Source: Acidobacteriota bacterium (GTDB lineage: Bacteria; Acidobacteriota; Thermoanaerobaculia; Gp7-AA8). From it: a DNA stretch of 37,864 nucleotides. Position 1 is the stretch's first letter, and every line of letters begins with the position of its first letter. This document shows positions 17,253 through 25,867 of the stretch, piece by piece. The notes beneath the pieces are model-generated. The model did not search any database and was not told where the DNA came from. It worked only from the letters and a program-made list of their open reading frames with translations. The translations under genes were made by a program, and so were the position numbers. Location of the stretch: contig JAFATB010000017.1 in NCBI GenBank assembly GCA_019244185.1, forward strand, positions 1 through 37,864, read 5' to 3'.

Positions 17253-18089
17253 ATGAAAAAGAAGTTGTGCCTTCTTGCGGCACTTTCTCTTTCCCTTTTG
17301 TCCCTGGTCAGCTGCCGGCAGGTTGAAGCCCGCATGGCGATCCGCGACGCGAACGATGCGTACGCGAAGGAAGACTACAAGGCGGCACTCCAGCACTACC
17401 AGCGCGCGCGGAAGATCGACGGCCAGAGCTTCCCGGAGCTCGACCGGATGATCGGCTACTCGTACATCGGCATGTACGTCCCCGAGGACAAGACGCCGGG
17501 CAACGTGCAGAACGCCGACAAAGCGATCGTCGAGCTGCGCACGTACCTCAAGAAGAAACCGGAAGACCGCATCGCGCGTGAAGCGCTGATCAATCTCTAC
17601 CTCAACGCCGACCGCATCACCGATGCGATCGGGTACTTCCGCGAGTGGCTGAAGACGCATCCGGCCGACATCGAGGCGGTGCGCTCGATCGCCACGCTCT
17701 ACGCGAAGCAGGGCAACTTCAACGAGTCGCTGAACTGGTACGAGAAGATCACCGTGCTGCGCCCGCGCGATCCGGAGGCGCTGTACACGTACGGCGTCGT
17801 CTGCTACGAGAAGATCGCGAAGAATCCGCCGGCGGACATGAACGAACGCCTGCAGATCATCGACAAGGGCAAGCACGCGCTCGAGAAGGCGATCCAGATG
17901 AAGCCGGATTACTTCGAGGCGCTGGTCTACCTCAGCCTTCTGTACCGCCAGCAGGCGCCGATCGAGACCGATCCCACCAAGCAGCAGGCGCTCGTCGCCG
18001 AGGCGAACCGCATCCGCGACGAGGCCGTGGCCATCGTCAAGCGGAAGAAGGCGGAAGCGGCGGCGAAAGCGGCCGGCAACAAGAGCTAA
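17253..18089 (+). CDS. Tetratricopeptide-repeat lipoprotein
   Basis: MKKKLCLLAALSLSLLSLVSC lipoprotein-type signal. TPR-like helices such as ALEKAIQMKPDYFEALVYLSLLYR. The upstream TTG at 17130 is the -35 box rather than a start codon. Confidence 0.85.
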   Translation: MKKKLCLLAALSLSLLSLVSCRQVEARMAIRDANDAYAKEDYKAALQHYQRARKIDGQSFPELDRMIGYSYIGMYVPEDKTPGNVQNADKAIVELRTYLKKKPEDRIAREALINLYLNADRITDAIGYFREWLKTHPADIEAVRSIATLYAKQGNFNESLNWYEKITVLRPRDPEALYTYGVVCYEKIAKNPPADMNERLQIIDKGKHALEKAIQMKPDYFEALVYLSLLYRQQAPIETDPTKQQALVAEANRIRDEAVAIVKRKKAEAAAKAAGNKS

Positions 18090-18104
18090 CGGACAGAAAC
18101 GAGC

Positions 18105-18854
18105 ATGTTCGAAACCACAGTCGTCGAATCGAAGAAGCAGAAAGTCGGAATCCAGCGTTACATGACGCTGCCGGTTTCGATCGCGCTGCACGTGGTGGTC
18201 ATCGCGGGCGCGATCTTCGGCGCGGTCTGGAACGTCGATTTCCCGACGAACTCGCCGGCGCAGGTGGCGCAGTACTCCGTCGCCGCCGCGCCTCCTCCAC
18301 CGCCGCCTCCACCGCCGCCGCCGCCAAAAGCGTCGCCGAAGGTGACGCCGACGGTGAAGCCCGTTGAAGTGCCGCACGACATTCAGAACCTCGCACCCAC
18401 AACCGTACCCGATCAAGTCAAGCCCGTCGAAGTGCAGGCGCAGGACGCCGGCGTCGAAGGCGGCGTCGAGGGTGGTGTGGAAGGCGGCGTGGTCGGTGGT
18501 GTCGTCGGCGGCGTCGTGGGCGGTGTCGTGACCGACACGGCTCCTCCTCCGCCGAAGGAACAGGCGCCGTTGCGCGTCGGCGGCGACGTCAAGGCTCCCG
18601 TGGTCATCAGCCGCGTCGAGCCGCACTATCCGGAAGTCGCCCGCAAGGCGCGCGTCGCCGGAATCGTCATCGTCGAATGCATCATCGACAAGAACGGCAA
18701 CGTCCGCGACGTGAAGGTGCTCAAGCCGCTGCCGTTCGGTCTCGACCAGGCCGCGGTCGAAGCGGTGCAGCGCTGGAAGTTCAAGCCTGGAACGCTCAAC
18801 GGCCAGGCGGTCGACGTCATCTTCAACCTCACCGTCAACTTCAAACTGAACTAA
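18105..18854 (+). CDS. TonB family energy transducer
   Basis: TM helix with SIALH, a poly-Pro tract, GGVE/GGVV repeats, and a TonB_C domain (PHYPEVARKARVAGIVIVECIIDKNGNV...AVQRWKFKPG). Confidence 0.93.
   Translation: MFETTVVESKKQKVGIQRYMTLPVSIALHVVVIAGAIFGAVWNVDFPTNSPAQVAQYSVAAAPPPPPPPPPPPPKASPKVTPTVKPVEVPHDIQNLAPTTVPDQVKPVEVQAQDAGVEGGVEGGVEGGVVGGVVGGVVGGVVTDTAPPPPKEQAPLRVGGDVKAPVVISRVEPHYPEVARKARVAGIVIVECIIDKNGNVRDVKVLKPLPFGLDQAAVEAVQRWKFKPGTLNGQAVDVIFNLTVNFKLN
18450..18530 (+). repeat. Coding 12-nt tandem repeat (GGVE/GGVV) in the TonB linker
   Basis: GVEGGVEGGVEGGVVGGVVGGVVGGVV, with synonymous variation between units. Confidence 0.85.
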
Positions 18855-18907
18855 AAACAAACCGCCCCGGCGCGTGACGCGGCGGCGGCGGCAGGAGGAA
18901 AACAGTT

Positions 18908-19600
18908 ATGGATATGTCCCCTGCAGCACTCTGGGCCTCCATGGGTCCCGTCGGCAAGACCGTTGCGGTCGTGATGGTCGCCATGTCGATCTATTCGCTC
19001 TGGGTCATGGTCGAGCGTTTCATCGTCTTCACGCAGGCCAAGAACCAGTCCCTCAAGCTCCTCGGCGCGCTCTCGAACCTGCTCACCCGCGGTGAGTACG
19101 GCCAGGCCATCGAGGTGACCAAGAAGTACAAGAACAGCCACCTCGCCAAGGTCATCGCCGCCGGTCTGCTCGAGTTCGAGGCCTCGCGCCGCGACAAGCG
19201 CACCGTCGATCCGGAGCTCGCGGTCGAAGCGGCCCGTCAGGGCATGGACCGCACCGCGATGATCACCGTCGCGGAGCTGAAAGAGAACCTCGGCGTGCTC
19301 GCGACCATCGGCGCCACCGCGCCGTTCGTCGGTCTCTTCGGCACGGTCATGGGCATCATCCGCGCGTTCGAAGGCATGGCCAAGTCGGGCGGCGGCATCG
19401 CGTCGGTTTCGGCCGGTATCGCGGAAGCGCTCATCACGACGGCCGGCGGACTTCTCGTCGCCATCCCTGCGGTCTGGGCATACAACTACTTCCAGAACCG
19501 CATCGATCGCTTCACCGTGGAGATGTCGAACTCCGGCTCGGAGATGGCGATCTACTTCATGAAGGAAGCGGGTGGCGCCAATGAAAAAGCTGTCGGGTAG
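18908..19600 (+). CDS. MotA/TolQ/ExbB proton channel protein
   Basis: SD AGGAGG. Motifs LATIGATAPFVGLFGTVMGII and GIAEALITTAGGLLVAIPAVWAYN. Confidence 0.95.
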   Translation: MDMSPAALWASMGPVGKTVAVVMVAMSIYSLWVMVERFIVFTQAKNQSLKLLGALSNLLTRGEYGQAIEVTKKYKNSHLAKVIAAGLLEFEASRRDKRTVDPELAVEAARQGMDRTAMITVAELKENLGVLATIGATAPFVGLFGTVMGIIRAFEGMAKSGGGIASVSAGIAEALITTAGGLLVAIPAVWAYNYFQNRIDRFTVEMSNSGSEMAIYFMKEAGGANEKAVG

Positions 19601-20027
19601 CTCGCTGACGAAACTCAGCAAGGCCGGGCTGAACTCCGACATCAACGTTACACCGCTCGTCGACGTCTGCCTGGTTCTGCTGATCATCTTCATGGTCGTC
19701 ACGCCCATGCTGCAGAAGGGCGTGCCGGTGAACCTGCCGGTGACCGAAGATCCGGAAAAAACGCCGGATACCGAGAAGCAGCTCCAGATTTCCGTCAAGG
19801 CGGACGGCTCGGTCTACGTCGGACCGAACGCCGTGCGCAAAGACCAGGTGCAGACCACTCTGCAGGAGATCCACGACCGCACGCCCGACCGCGAGATCGC
19901 GGTCAAGGGCGACCGGCTCGTGAAGTACGGCGACATCCTCGACGTGCTCAAGTCCTGCCGCGAGGTCGGCTTCAATGACGTCGGCCTGATCGCACAACCC
20001 AAGAAGGGTCCCGGCGAGGCCGGTTAG
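19581..20027 (+). CDS. ExbD/TolR family protein (copy 1)
   Basis: DINVTPLVDVCLVLLIIFMVVTP with the conserved TM Asp, and KGD..V.YG. Overlaps the end of exbB; alternative GTG start at 19572. Confidence 0.93.
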   Translation: MKKLSGSSLTKLSKAGLNSDINVTPLVDVCLVLLIIFMVVTPMLQKGVPVNLPVTEDPEKTPDTEKQLQISVKADGSVYVGPNAVRKDQVQTTLQEIHDRTPDREIAVKGDRLVKYGDILDVLKSCREVGFNDVGLIAQPKKGPGEAG

Positions 20028-20042
20028 TAGGGGATCGAACAC

Positions 20043-20474
20043 ATGCAAGTTGGTGGCGGCGGTTCCATGCGCTCCGACATCAACGTCACACCTCTGGTGG
20101 ACGTTGTGTTGGTGCTCCTGATCATCTTCATGGTCATCACACCGGTCGTGCAGATGGGCTACCTCGTCAAGGTCCCGCCCAAAGCACCCGCGAACATCCC
20201 TCCCTCCGCGGTTCAGGACCAGATCATTCTGCGCCTCACCGCGGACAACAAGGCCATGATCAACAAGGAGGAGATGCCGATCGAGCAGTTCCCGAACCGG
20301 ATCCGCGAGGTCCTGCGCGGCAACACCTCGAAGATGGTCTTCTTCTCCGGCTCGCGCGACGTCGACTACGAGCACACGATGTCGTTCCTCGATCTCGCCC
20401 GCATGAGCGGCGCGAAGAACATCGGCATCATCGTCGAAGACCCGTCCGCGGCTCCGGCGATGCCGCCGCAATAG
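20043..20474 (+). CDS. ExbD/TolR family protein (copy 2)
   Basis: DINVTPLVDVVLVLLIIFMVITP with the conserved TM Asp. Confidence 0.93.
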   Translation: MQVGGGGSMRSDINVTPLVDVVLVLLIIFMVITPVVQMGYLVKVPPKAPANIPPSAVQDQIILRLTADNKAMINKEEMPIEQFPNRIREVLRGNTSKMVFFSGSRDVDYEHTMSFLDLARMSGAKNIGIIVEDPSAAPAMPPQ

Positions 20475-20487
20475 ACGCGCGCAGACG

Positions 20488-20988
20488 TTACGAATGTTCG
20501 AGAGCGGCGGCTTCGGCCGCCGCTTTGCGTTTGCAGAAGAGCGCCGCGACCCGCGTCTCGATCCCGAGCAACGCGTCGAGCGAGAAACGCCCGCCGCCCG
20601 TCAGCAGCAGCGCCAGCGTCATCGCCAGCATCGCCAGCGGCAGCTCGATGCCGCGCATGAGCACGAAGAACTTGATCGCGTGCGGGTCCGCGCCGTACAA
20701 GGCATCGGGAAGCTGCACGACGAACGTGGCCACGGCCATCGTGCCGGCGAGGAGGAGCGCATCGAGACGCGTGAAAAGCCCGACCAGGAGAAGCACGCCG
20801 CCGGCGAGCTCGCTCCAGGCGGCGAGATGCCCGAGGAAGGTGGGGAGGTGGTAGTTGGACGCGATGTCCGCGGCGAAGGCGGACGCGCCGCCCTCACCGG
20901 CGATCTTCGACCAGCCGTGCGGCAGGAAGATCAGTCCCGCCGCGACGCGGAGGATCAACGCGGCCAGGTCGTGCGGGAGCTTCCTCAT
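20488..20988 (-). CDS. DoxX family membrane protein
   Basis: LILRVAAGLIFLPHGWSK, ELAGGVLLLVGLFTR and GGGRFSLD. Start at MRKLPHD, with SD GGAG just upstream. Confidence 0.9.
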   Translation of the reverse strand: MRKLPHDLAALILRVAAGLIFLPHGWSKIAGEGGASAFAADIASNYHLPTFLGHLAAWSELAGGVLLLVGLFTRLDALLLAGTMAVATFVVQLPDALYGADPHAIKFFVLMRGIELPLAMLAMTLALLLTGGGRFSLDALLGIETRVAALFCKRKAAAEAAALEHS

Positions 20989-21030
20989 GCTGTCTCCAGA
21001 CAATCGACGTTCGGAGCCGCGGCGCGCGCG

Positions 21031-21813
21031 GTGGACCGTCTGCTCGCGCCGCTCATCTTGTTCGTGTCGGTCTATGTTGCCACATTCCTCGCGCTGGCGT
21101 GGACCGGCCTGCGCATCCCGTACTGGTCGCCGCTCGCCGCGGCCGCCGTCGCGACCGCCGTGACGGTCGCGATCGCGGAACACGGACACTGGCCGCTCGG
21201 CCTCTTCGTCGCGCCGCGTTTCGTGATCGTCGAGGGACTCCTCGGCGTCGCGTTCGGCGTCGTGCTCATCGGCATCGGCGCGCTGCTCATCGTCGTGACG
21301 AGCGACGCGCATCACGTGCGCGGCAACGGCTTCCCGTGGTCGGAGCTCTTCGCGATCTACCTGCCCGCGGCGGTGCACGAGGAGCTCGTCTTCCGCGGCT
21401 ACGCGTTTCAGAAGCTGCTGCGGTGGAATCGCGCCGTCGCGCTGTTTGGCGTGGCGCTGATCTTCGCCGCGCTGCACGCGGGCAACAACTTCGTGACCGC
21501 GCTCGCGCTCGCGAACGTCTTCCTCGGCGGCATCCTGCTCGGCCTCGCGTACGAGCGCTACGCTCGCCTCTGGTTTCCGATCGGCCTGCATCTCGCGTGG
21601 AACCTCATGAGCGGACCGATTCTCGGCCACGAGGTGAGCGGCTACACCTCCGCGCACACCGTGTTCGTGCTCGTCGAGCACGGCCCGGCGTGGCTCACCG
21701 GCGGCGGCTTCGGCATCGAGGGAAGCGTCTCGATGACCGCCGTCGAACTGCTGGCCATCGCGGCGCTTCGAATATCATCCGCGCGCCGCGCGTTTCCGCT
21801 CGCGGATTCTTAA
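21031..21813 (+). CDS. CPBP (Abi/CAAX) family intramembrane metalloprotease
   Basis: Motifs HEELVFRGY, FAALH, IGLHLAWN and LTGGGFGIEGS. The start (GTG 21031) is approximate. Confidence 0.88.
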   Translation: MDRLLAPLILFVSVYVATFLALAWTGLRIPYWSPLAAAAVATAVTVAIAEHGHWPLGLFVAPRFVIVEGLLGVAFGVVLIGIGALLIVVTSDAHHVRGNGFPWSELFAIYLPAAVHEELVFRGYAFQKLLRWNRAVALFGVALIFAALHAGNNFVTALALANVFLGGILLGLAYERYARLWFPIGLHLAWNLMSGPILGHEVSGYTSAHTVFVLVEHGPAWLTGGGFGIEGSVSMTAVELLAIAALRISSARRAFPLADS

Positions 21814-21822
21814 GGAGCTCTC

Positions 21823-22998
21823 GTGAAAGACATCGTGATCGTCGACGGCGCCCGTACGCCGATGGCGGAATACAACGGACACTTCAGCGACATCAGCGCG
21901 ATCGACCTCGGCGTCATCGCGGCGAAAGAAGCGCTCACGCGCAGCGGCATCGCGCCGGACGAGCTCGACCACGTCATCGTCGGCAACGCGCTGCAGACTT
22001 CCGGCGACGCCATCTACGGCGCGCGCCACGTCGGCCTCAAGGCCGGCGTCCCGAACCACGTTCCCGCGCTCACCGTGAACCGCCTCTGCGGTTCGGGCAT
22101 CCAGTCGATCGTCAACGCCGCCGAGCAGATCGAGCTCGGCGAGGCCACCACCGTGCTCGCCGGCGGCATGGAGAACATGACCCAGGCGCCGCACGTCATC
22201 CGCGGCGCGCGCAAAGGCTTCAAGTTCGGCCAGGGCAGCATGGAAGACTCGCTCATGGTCGCGCTGCTCGATACGTACTCCGGCCTGTACATGGCCCAGA
22301 CCTCCGACAACCTCGCGCGCAAGTACGACATCTCGCGCGAGGCGCAGGACGAGTACGCGCTGCGCAGCCAGAAGTGCGCCGCGGAAGCGGAGCAGGCCGG
22401 GCGGTTGAAGGATGAGATCGTCGCCGTGCCGGTCGGCCGCAAGGGCGAAGTCGTCGCGTCCGACGATCACATGCGCCCCGACACGACGAAGGAAGGCCTC
22501 GCGAAGCTGAAGCCCGCGTTCGCGAAGGACGGCTTCGTCACCGCCGGCAACGCCAGCGGCATCGTCGACGGCGCCGCGATGCTCGTCGTCTCGTCGGCCG
22601 ATCGCGCGAAGGAAAACGGCAAGACGCCGCTCGGCCGCATCGTCTCGTGGGGCATCGCCGGCTGCGATCCCGACATCATGGGCATCGGTCCCGTGCCCGC
22701 GACGCGGATCGCTCTCAAGAAGGCGGACATGAAGCTCGACGATCTCGATCTCATCGAGATCAACGAGGCGTTCGCGGGCCAGATCCTCGCCGTCGCCAAA
22801 GAGCTCGGCGTGAACATGGAGAAGCTGAACGTCAACGGCGGTGCGATCGCGCTCGGCCATCCGCTCGGCGCGTCGGGCACGCGGCTCGTGCTGACGCTGC
22901 TGTACGAACTGCGCCGCCGCAAGCAGCGCTACGGCCTCGCCAGCGCGTGCATCGGCGGCGGGCAGGGCATCGCCATGATCGTGGAGAGCCTCGCGTGA
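21823..22998 (+). CDS. Thiolase (acetyl-CoA C-acyltransferase)
   Basis: SD AAGGAG. Motifs TVNRLCGSG (catalytic Cys), TAGNASGIVDGA, EINEAFA, NGGAIALGHPLGASG and CIGGGQG. Confidence 0.97.
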   Translation: MKDIVIVDGARTPMAEYNGHFSDISAIDLGVIAAKEALTRSGIAPDELDHVIVGNALQTSGDAIYGARHVGLKAGVPNHVPALTVNRLCGSGIQSIVNAAEQIELGEATTVLAGGMENMTQAPHVIRGARKGFKFGQGSMEDSLMVALLDTYSGLYMAQTSDNLARKYDISREAQDEYALRSQKCAAEAEQAGRLKDEIVAVPVGRKGEVVASDDHMRPDTTKEGLAKLKPAFAKDGFVTAGNASGIVDGAAMLVVSSADRAKENGKTPLGRIVSWGIAGCDPDIMGIGPVPATRIALKKADMKLDDLDLIEINEAFAGQILAVAKELGVNMEKLNVNGGAIALGHPLGASGTRLVLTLLYELRRRKQRYGLASACIGGGQGIAMIVESLA

Positions 22999-23291
22999 AA
23001 CGTGCGCTGGCCGCGCTCTTCGTCTTCGCTGCCGCGTTCAGCGCGCTCGCGAAGACGAAGAGCGTCACGCTCGACGTCAAAGACGCCGACGTGCGGGAGG
23101 TGTTCCGCTCGATGCAGCAGCAGTGCGGCATCCGCAATCTGCTCCTCGACAAAGAGGTGAGCGGCAACGCGACGCTCAAGTTCAGCGACGTGCCGTGCGA
23201 GACCGCATTCCGCGTCGTGACGCGGCAGTTCGGCCTCGCCATTCAGTTCGAGGAAAACTCGCTCGTCGAGATCTCGGTGCCGCGACGCTGA
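22995..23291 (+). CDS. Small secreted protein consisting of one secretin-N0/STN-like domain (98 aa)
   Basis: GTGA overlap with the thiolase stop. Signal peptide, then VTLDVKDADVREVFRSM....GIRNLLLDKEVSGNATLKFSDVP...AFRVV...GL, resembling the PilQ/GspD N0 domain. Confidence 0.7.
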   Translation: MKRALAALFVFAAAFSALAKTKSVTLDVKDADVREVFRSMQQQCGIRNLLLDKEVSGNATLKFSDVPCETAFRVVTRQFGLAIQFEENSLVEISVPRR

Positions 23292-23968
23292 TGTCGAAGC
23301 GCAACCTGCTCCGGCTCGCGGCGGTGGTCGCACTCGCCGCCGTCTTCGCGGCGATCTGGTTCTCGCCGCTGCGCGCGCAGCTCACGCGCGAGAACGTGCG
23401 CCACTTCGTCGAGCATCTGCGCGGCCTCTGGTACGGGCCGCTCGCGTTCATCGTGATCTTCGCCGCCGGCTGCGTCTTCGCTCTCCCCGCGTCGCTCTTC
23501 ATCATCGCCGCCGGTTTCATCTGGGGCTCGCTCCTCGGCGGCATCTACTCCGTCATCGGCGGTCTTCTCGGCGCGATCGCATCGTTCTACGTCGCGCGCT
23601 TCATCGGCGCGGGTCTGCTCGATCGCTTCGGCCGCGTCGGACGCGCGGTCGCGAAGCAGGTCGATCACGCCGGCTTCCGCTCGCTGCTCATCCTGCGCTA
23701 CATCCCCGGCATCCCGTTCGTGGTGCTGAACTACGGCGCGGGCGTGGCGGGCGTCTCCTTCGGCGACTTCTTCGCCGCGACGCTGCTCGGCATCGCGCCG
23801 TCGATGTTCGTCTTCGCGTACTGCGCCGACGCGCTGTTCAACGGCGCGATGACGCAGGGCGACGTCTTCAAGCGGCTGGCGATGGTGTGCGGGCTGATGC
23901 TGACCATCACGCTCCTGCCGCTGCTCATCAAAAAGCTGGCGTCGAAGCGCGAGCCGGTCGCCGAATAA
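23291..23968 (+). CDS. TVP38/TMEM64 (DedA superfamily, VTT domain) membrane protein
   Basis: TGATG overlap. Motifs LPASLFIIAAGFIWG, LLILRYIPGIPFVVLNYGAG and FFAATLLGIAP. Confidence 0.9.
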   Translation: MSKRNLLRLAAVVALAAVFAAIWFSPLRAQLTRENVRHFVEHLRGLWYGPLAFIVIFAAGCVFALPASLFIIAAGFIWGSLLGGIYSVIGGLLGAIASFYVARFIGAGLLDRFGRVGRAVAKQVDHAGFRSLLILRYIPGIPFVVLNYGAGVAGVSFGDFFAATLLGIAPSMFVFAYCADALFNGAMTQGDVFKRLAMVCGLMLTITLLPLLIKKLASKREPVAE

Positions 23969-24012
23969 CCCCCGGCACCGCACTGATTCTTGTGCACTCC
24001 GCTCTCGGGGCG

Positions 24013-24023
24013 TGTGCTACACT
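24013..24023 (+). promoter_or_regulatory. Extended -10 promoter element for the M23/bactofilin-like operon
   Basis: TGTGCTACACT (TRTGn-TAnnnT), about 36 nt upstream of ATG 24060. Confidence 0.5.
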
Positions 24024-24059
24024 CCATGACCCGCGTACAAACGGCGCGGATTTCGTCCC

Positions 24060-25103
24060 ATGATCGAGATCCAGATCCATCCGAGCGACATTCGTCGGCG
24101 CGTGCGGTACTTTTTCTTCGATCGCCGTCGCGTGATCGTCGGCATCGTCGCGCTGTCGCTCCTCCTCGCGGGGCTCATCGGCTCGATGGCCGCGGCGCCG
24201 ACCGTCATCCGCCGCGTCTACAAGACGAACTTCCTCAAGGAACAGCGCGAGGAGCGCGACATTCAGCGCGAACATCTGCGCGAGAACGTCGTGCAGATGA
24301 CCTCTCTCGAGCGCAACCTCGAGGACCAGCGCATCCGCGTCGAGAAGCTGCTCACGGTGTACGGCCTCGATCGTTCGCTGGGGCAGGGAGGCTTCTCCAC
24401 TCCGACGCACGGCAGCGCCGATCTTCCGCTCGACGATGCGCGCCGCCGCGAGGTGTCGCTCAAGAACGCGATGCTGCGCTTGCAGGAACAGCTCGATCTC
24501 CTCGCGCGCTACGAGGCCGCGAACAGCGAGATCGTGCGGCACACGCCGTCGATCCTCCCCGTGCCCGCGGATCAGTTCGTGCTGACGTCGCCGTTCGGCA
24601 TGCGCATCTCGCCGTTCACGCGCAGCTCCGACTTCCACAAGGGCCTCGATCTCTCCGCGCCGACCGGCACGTCCGTCTACGCGACCGCCGACGGCGTCGT
24701 CACCTTCGCCGGACGCGTCCCCCTCGGCCAGAGCGTGGCGTGGTGGCGCTTTGGCAATGTCGTTACCATCAAACATGGCGATCGTTTTGTCACGATCTAT
24801 GGGCATCTCGATACCGTGAAGGTGCACACCGGCCAGCTCGTCAAACAGGGCGAGGTCGTGGCCACGGTCGGCTCGACCGGCTGGAGCACGAACTCGCATC
24901 TGCACTACGAGGTGCGCAGCGATCTCGAACAGCCCGGCACCTACGTGCCCATCGATCCGCGCATCTACATCCTCAACTACCAATGGACGAATGAGGCTTT
25001 GCTGCTCATGCGCGCGCGCACGAGCAAGGACTACCGGAACTTCGATCCGCTGCCGCCCGCGTTCGTCGGCTTCGCGAACGCGACTGGGAAGAGGAGGTCG
25101 TGA
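24060..25103 (+). CDS. Membrane-anchored M23 (LytM) metallopeptidase with coiled coil
   Basis: N-terminal cytoplasmic tail, TM helix and coiled coil. Motifs SPFGMRISPF, HKGLD (HxxxD), YGHL and GSTGWSTNSHLHYEV (HxH). Confidence 0.93.
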   Translation: MIEIQIHPSDIRRRVRYFFFDRRRVIVGIVALSLLLAGLIGSMAAAPTVIRRVYKTNFLKEQREERDIQREHLRENVVQMTSLERNLEDQRIRVEKLLTVYGLDRSLGQGGFSTPTHGSADLPLDDARRREVSLKNAMLRLQEQLDLLARYEAANSEIVRHTPSILPVPADQFVLTSPFGMRISPFTRSSDFHKGLDLSAPTGTSVYATADGVVTFAGRVPLGQSVAWWRFGNVVTIKHGDRFVTIYGHLDTVKVHTGQLVKQGEVVATVGSTGWSTNSHLHYEVRSDLEQPGTYVPIDPRIYILNYQWTNEALLLMRARTSKDYRNFDPLPPAFVGFANATGKRRS

Positions 25104-25861
25104 TGACGACAGCAGCCGGCGATCAGACGAATTTCCCCACCATGATCATCCCGCGCGGCACCGAGATCCGCGTGAACCAGAACGGGCAGCTCTCGATCAA
25201 GACGCCCGGCAACCTCGTGATCCAGAACTCCGGCGTCTACTCTGAGATCGAGTCGACCAACGGCTCGATCCGCATCGAGGAGAACGTCACGGTCGAGGCG
25301 GTGAGCATCCGCGCCGGCCAGGCGTGCTTCATCCAGGGCACCCTGACCGCGTGGAAGGTGCACGCGAAGCGCATCTCGCTCGAAGACCGCGCCCGCGCGT
25401 TCATCATGCTGCAGGAGTCGGAGAACCTCGAGCTCTCGCGCACGGCGCGGCTCGTCGGCAACTTCGCCAACGAGAAAGAGCTCTTCTTCATGATGGGCAA
25501 GTTCTCGCCGCAGCTCAAAGAGCTGCCCGGCTCCGTCGACATGTCATCCGCGCCGCGCGAGGTGACGACCGGCGAAGTGCGTCCGACGACGATGAAGATT
25601 CCGGCGATGCAGAACGCGTCGTCCGCCGCCGCGAACGACGACGAGCATCTCCGCGCCGCGCTCGCGCTGCTCGAACGCGAAGTCACGCGTCCCGATCTCG
25701 CGCCTGCCGATGCCGAAGGCGTGCGAGAGGTCGTCTACGGTCTGCGCGAGCGGAACCTGCAGCGCCTGAACCTCATCTGGCGCGATGCGCTGCGCGAGGT
25801 GCGCACGAAGAGCGACGCCGCGCGTCAGGCGTACGAGCACCTCGAACAGGTCCTGCGCTAG
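25103..25861 (+). CDS. Divergent bactofilin-like (beta-helix) protein with helical C-terminal extension
   Basis: SD GAGGAGG and TGATG coupling to the M23 gene. Repeated short beta-strands TMIIPRGTEI, GNLVIQ, GSIRIEENVTVEA, FIQGTL and LELSRTARLVGN. Confidence 0.6.
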   Translation: MTTAAGDQTNFPTMIIPRGTEIRVNQNGQLSIKTPGNLVIQNSGVYSEIESTNGSIRIEENVTVEAVSIRAGQACFIQGTLTAWKVHAKRISLEDRARAFIMLQESENLELSRTARLVGNFANEKELFFMMGKFSPQLKELPGSVDMSSAPREVTTGEVRPTTMKIPAMQNASSAAANDDEHLRAALALLEREVTRPDLAPADAEGVREVVYGLRERNLQRLNLIWRDALREVRTKSDAARQAYEHLEQVLR

Positions 25862-25867
25862 CAGCGC

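Noticed and set aside
18291-18530. Short tandem repeats that might suggest a CRISPR array or VNTR
   Set aside because: They are in-frame poly-Pro and GGVV coding repeats of the TonB linker, with no unique spacers and no cas genes.
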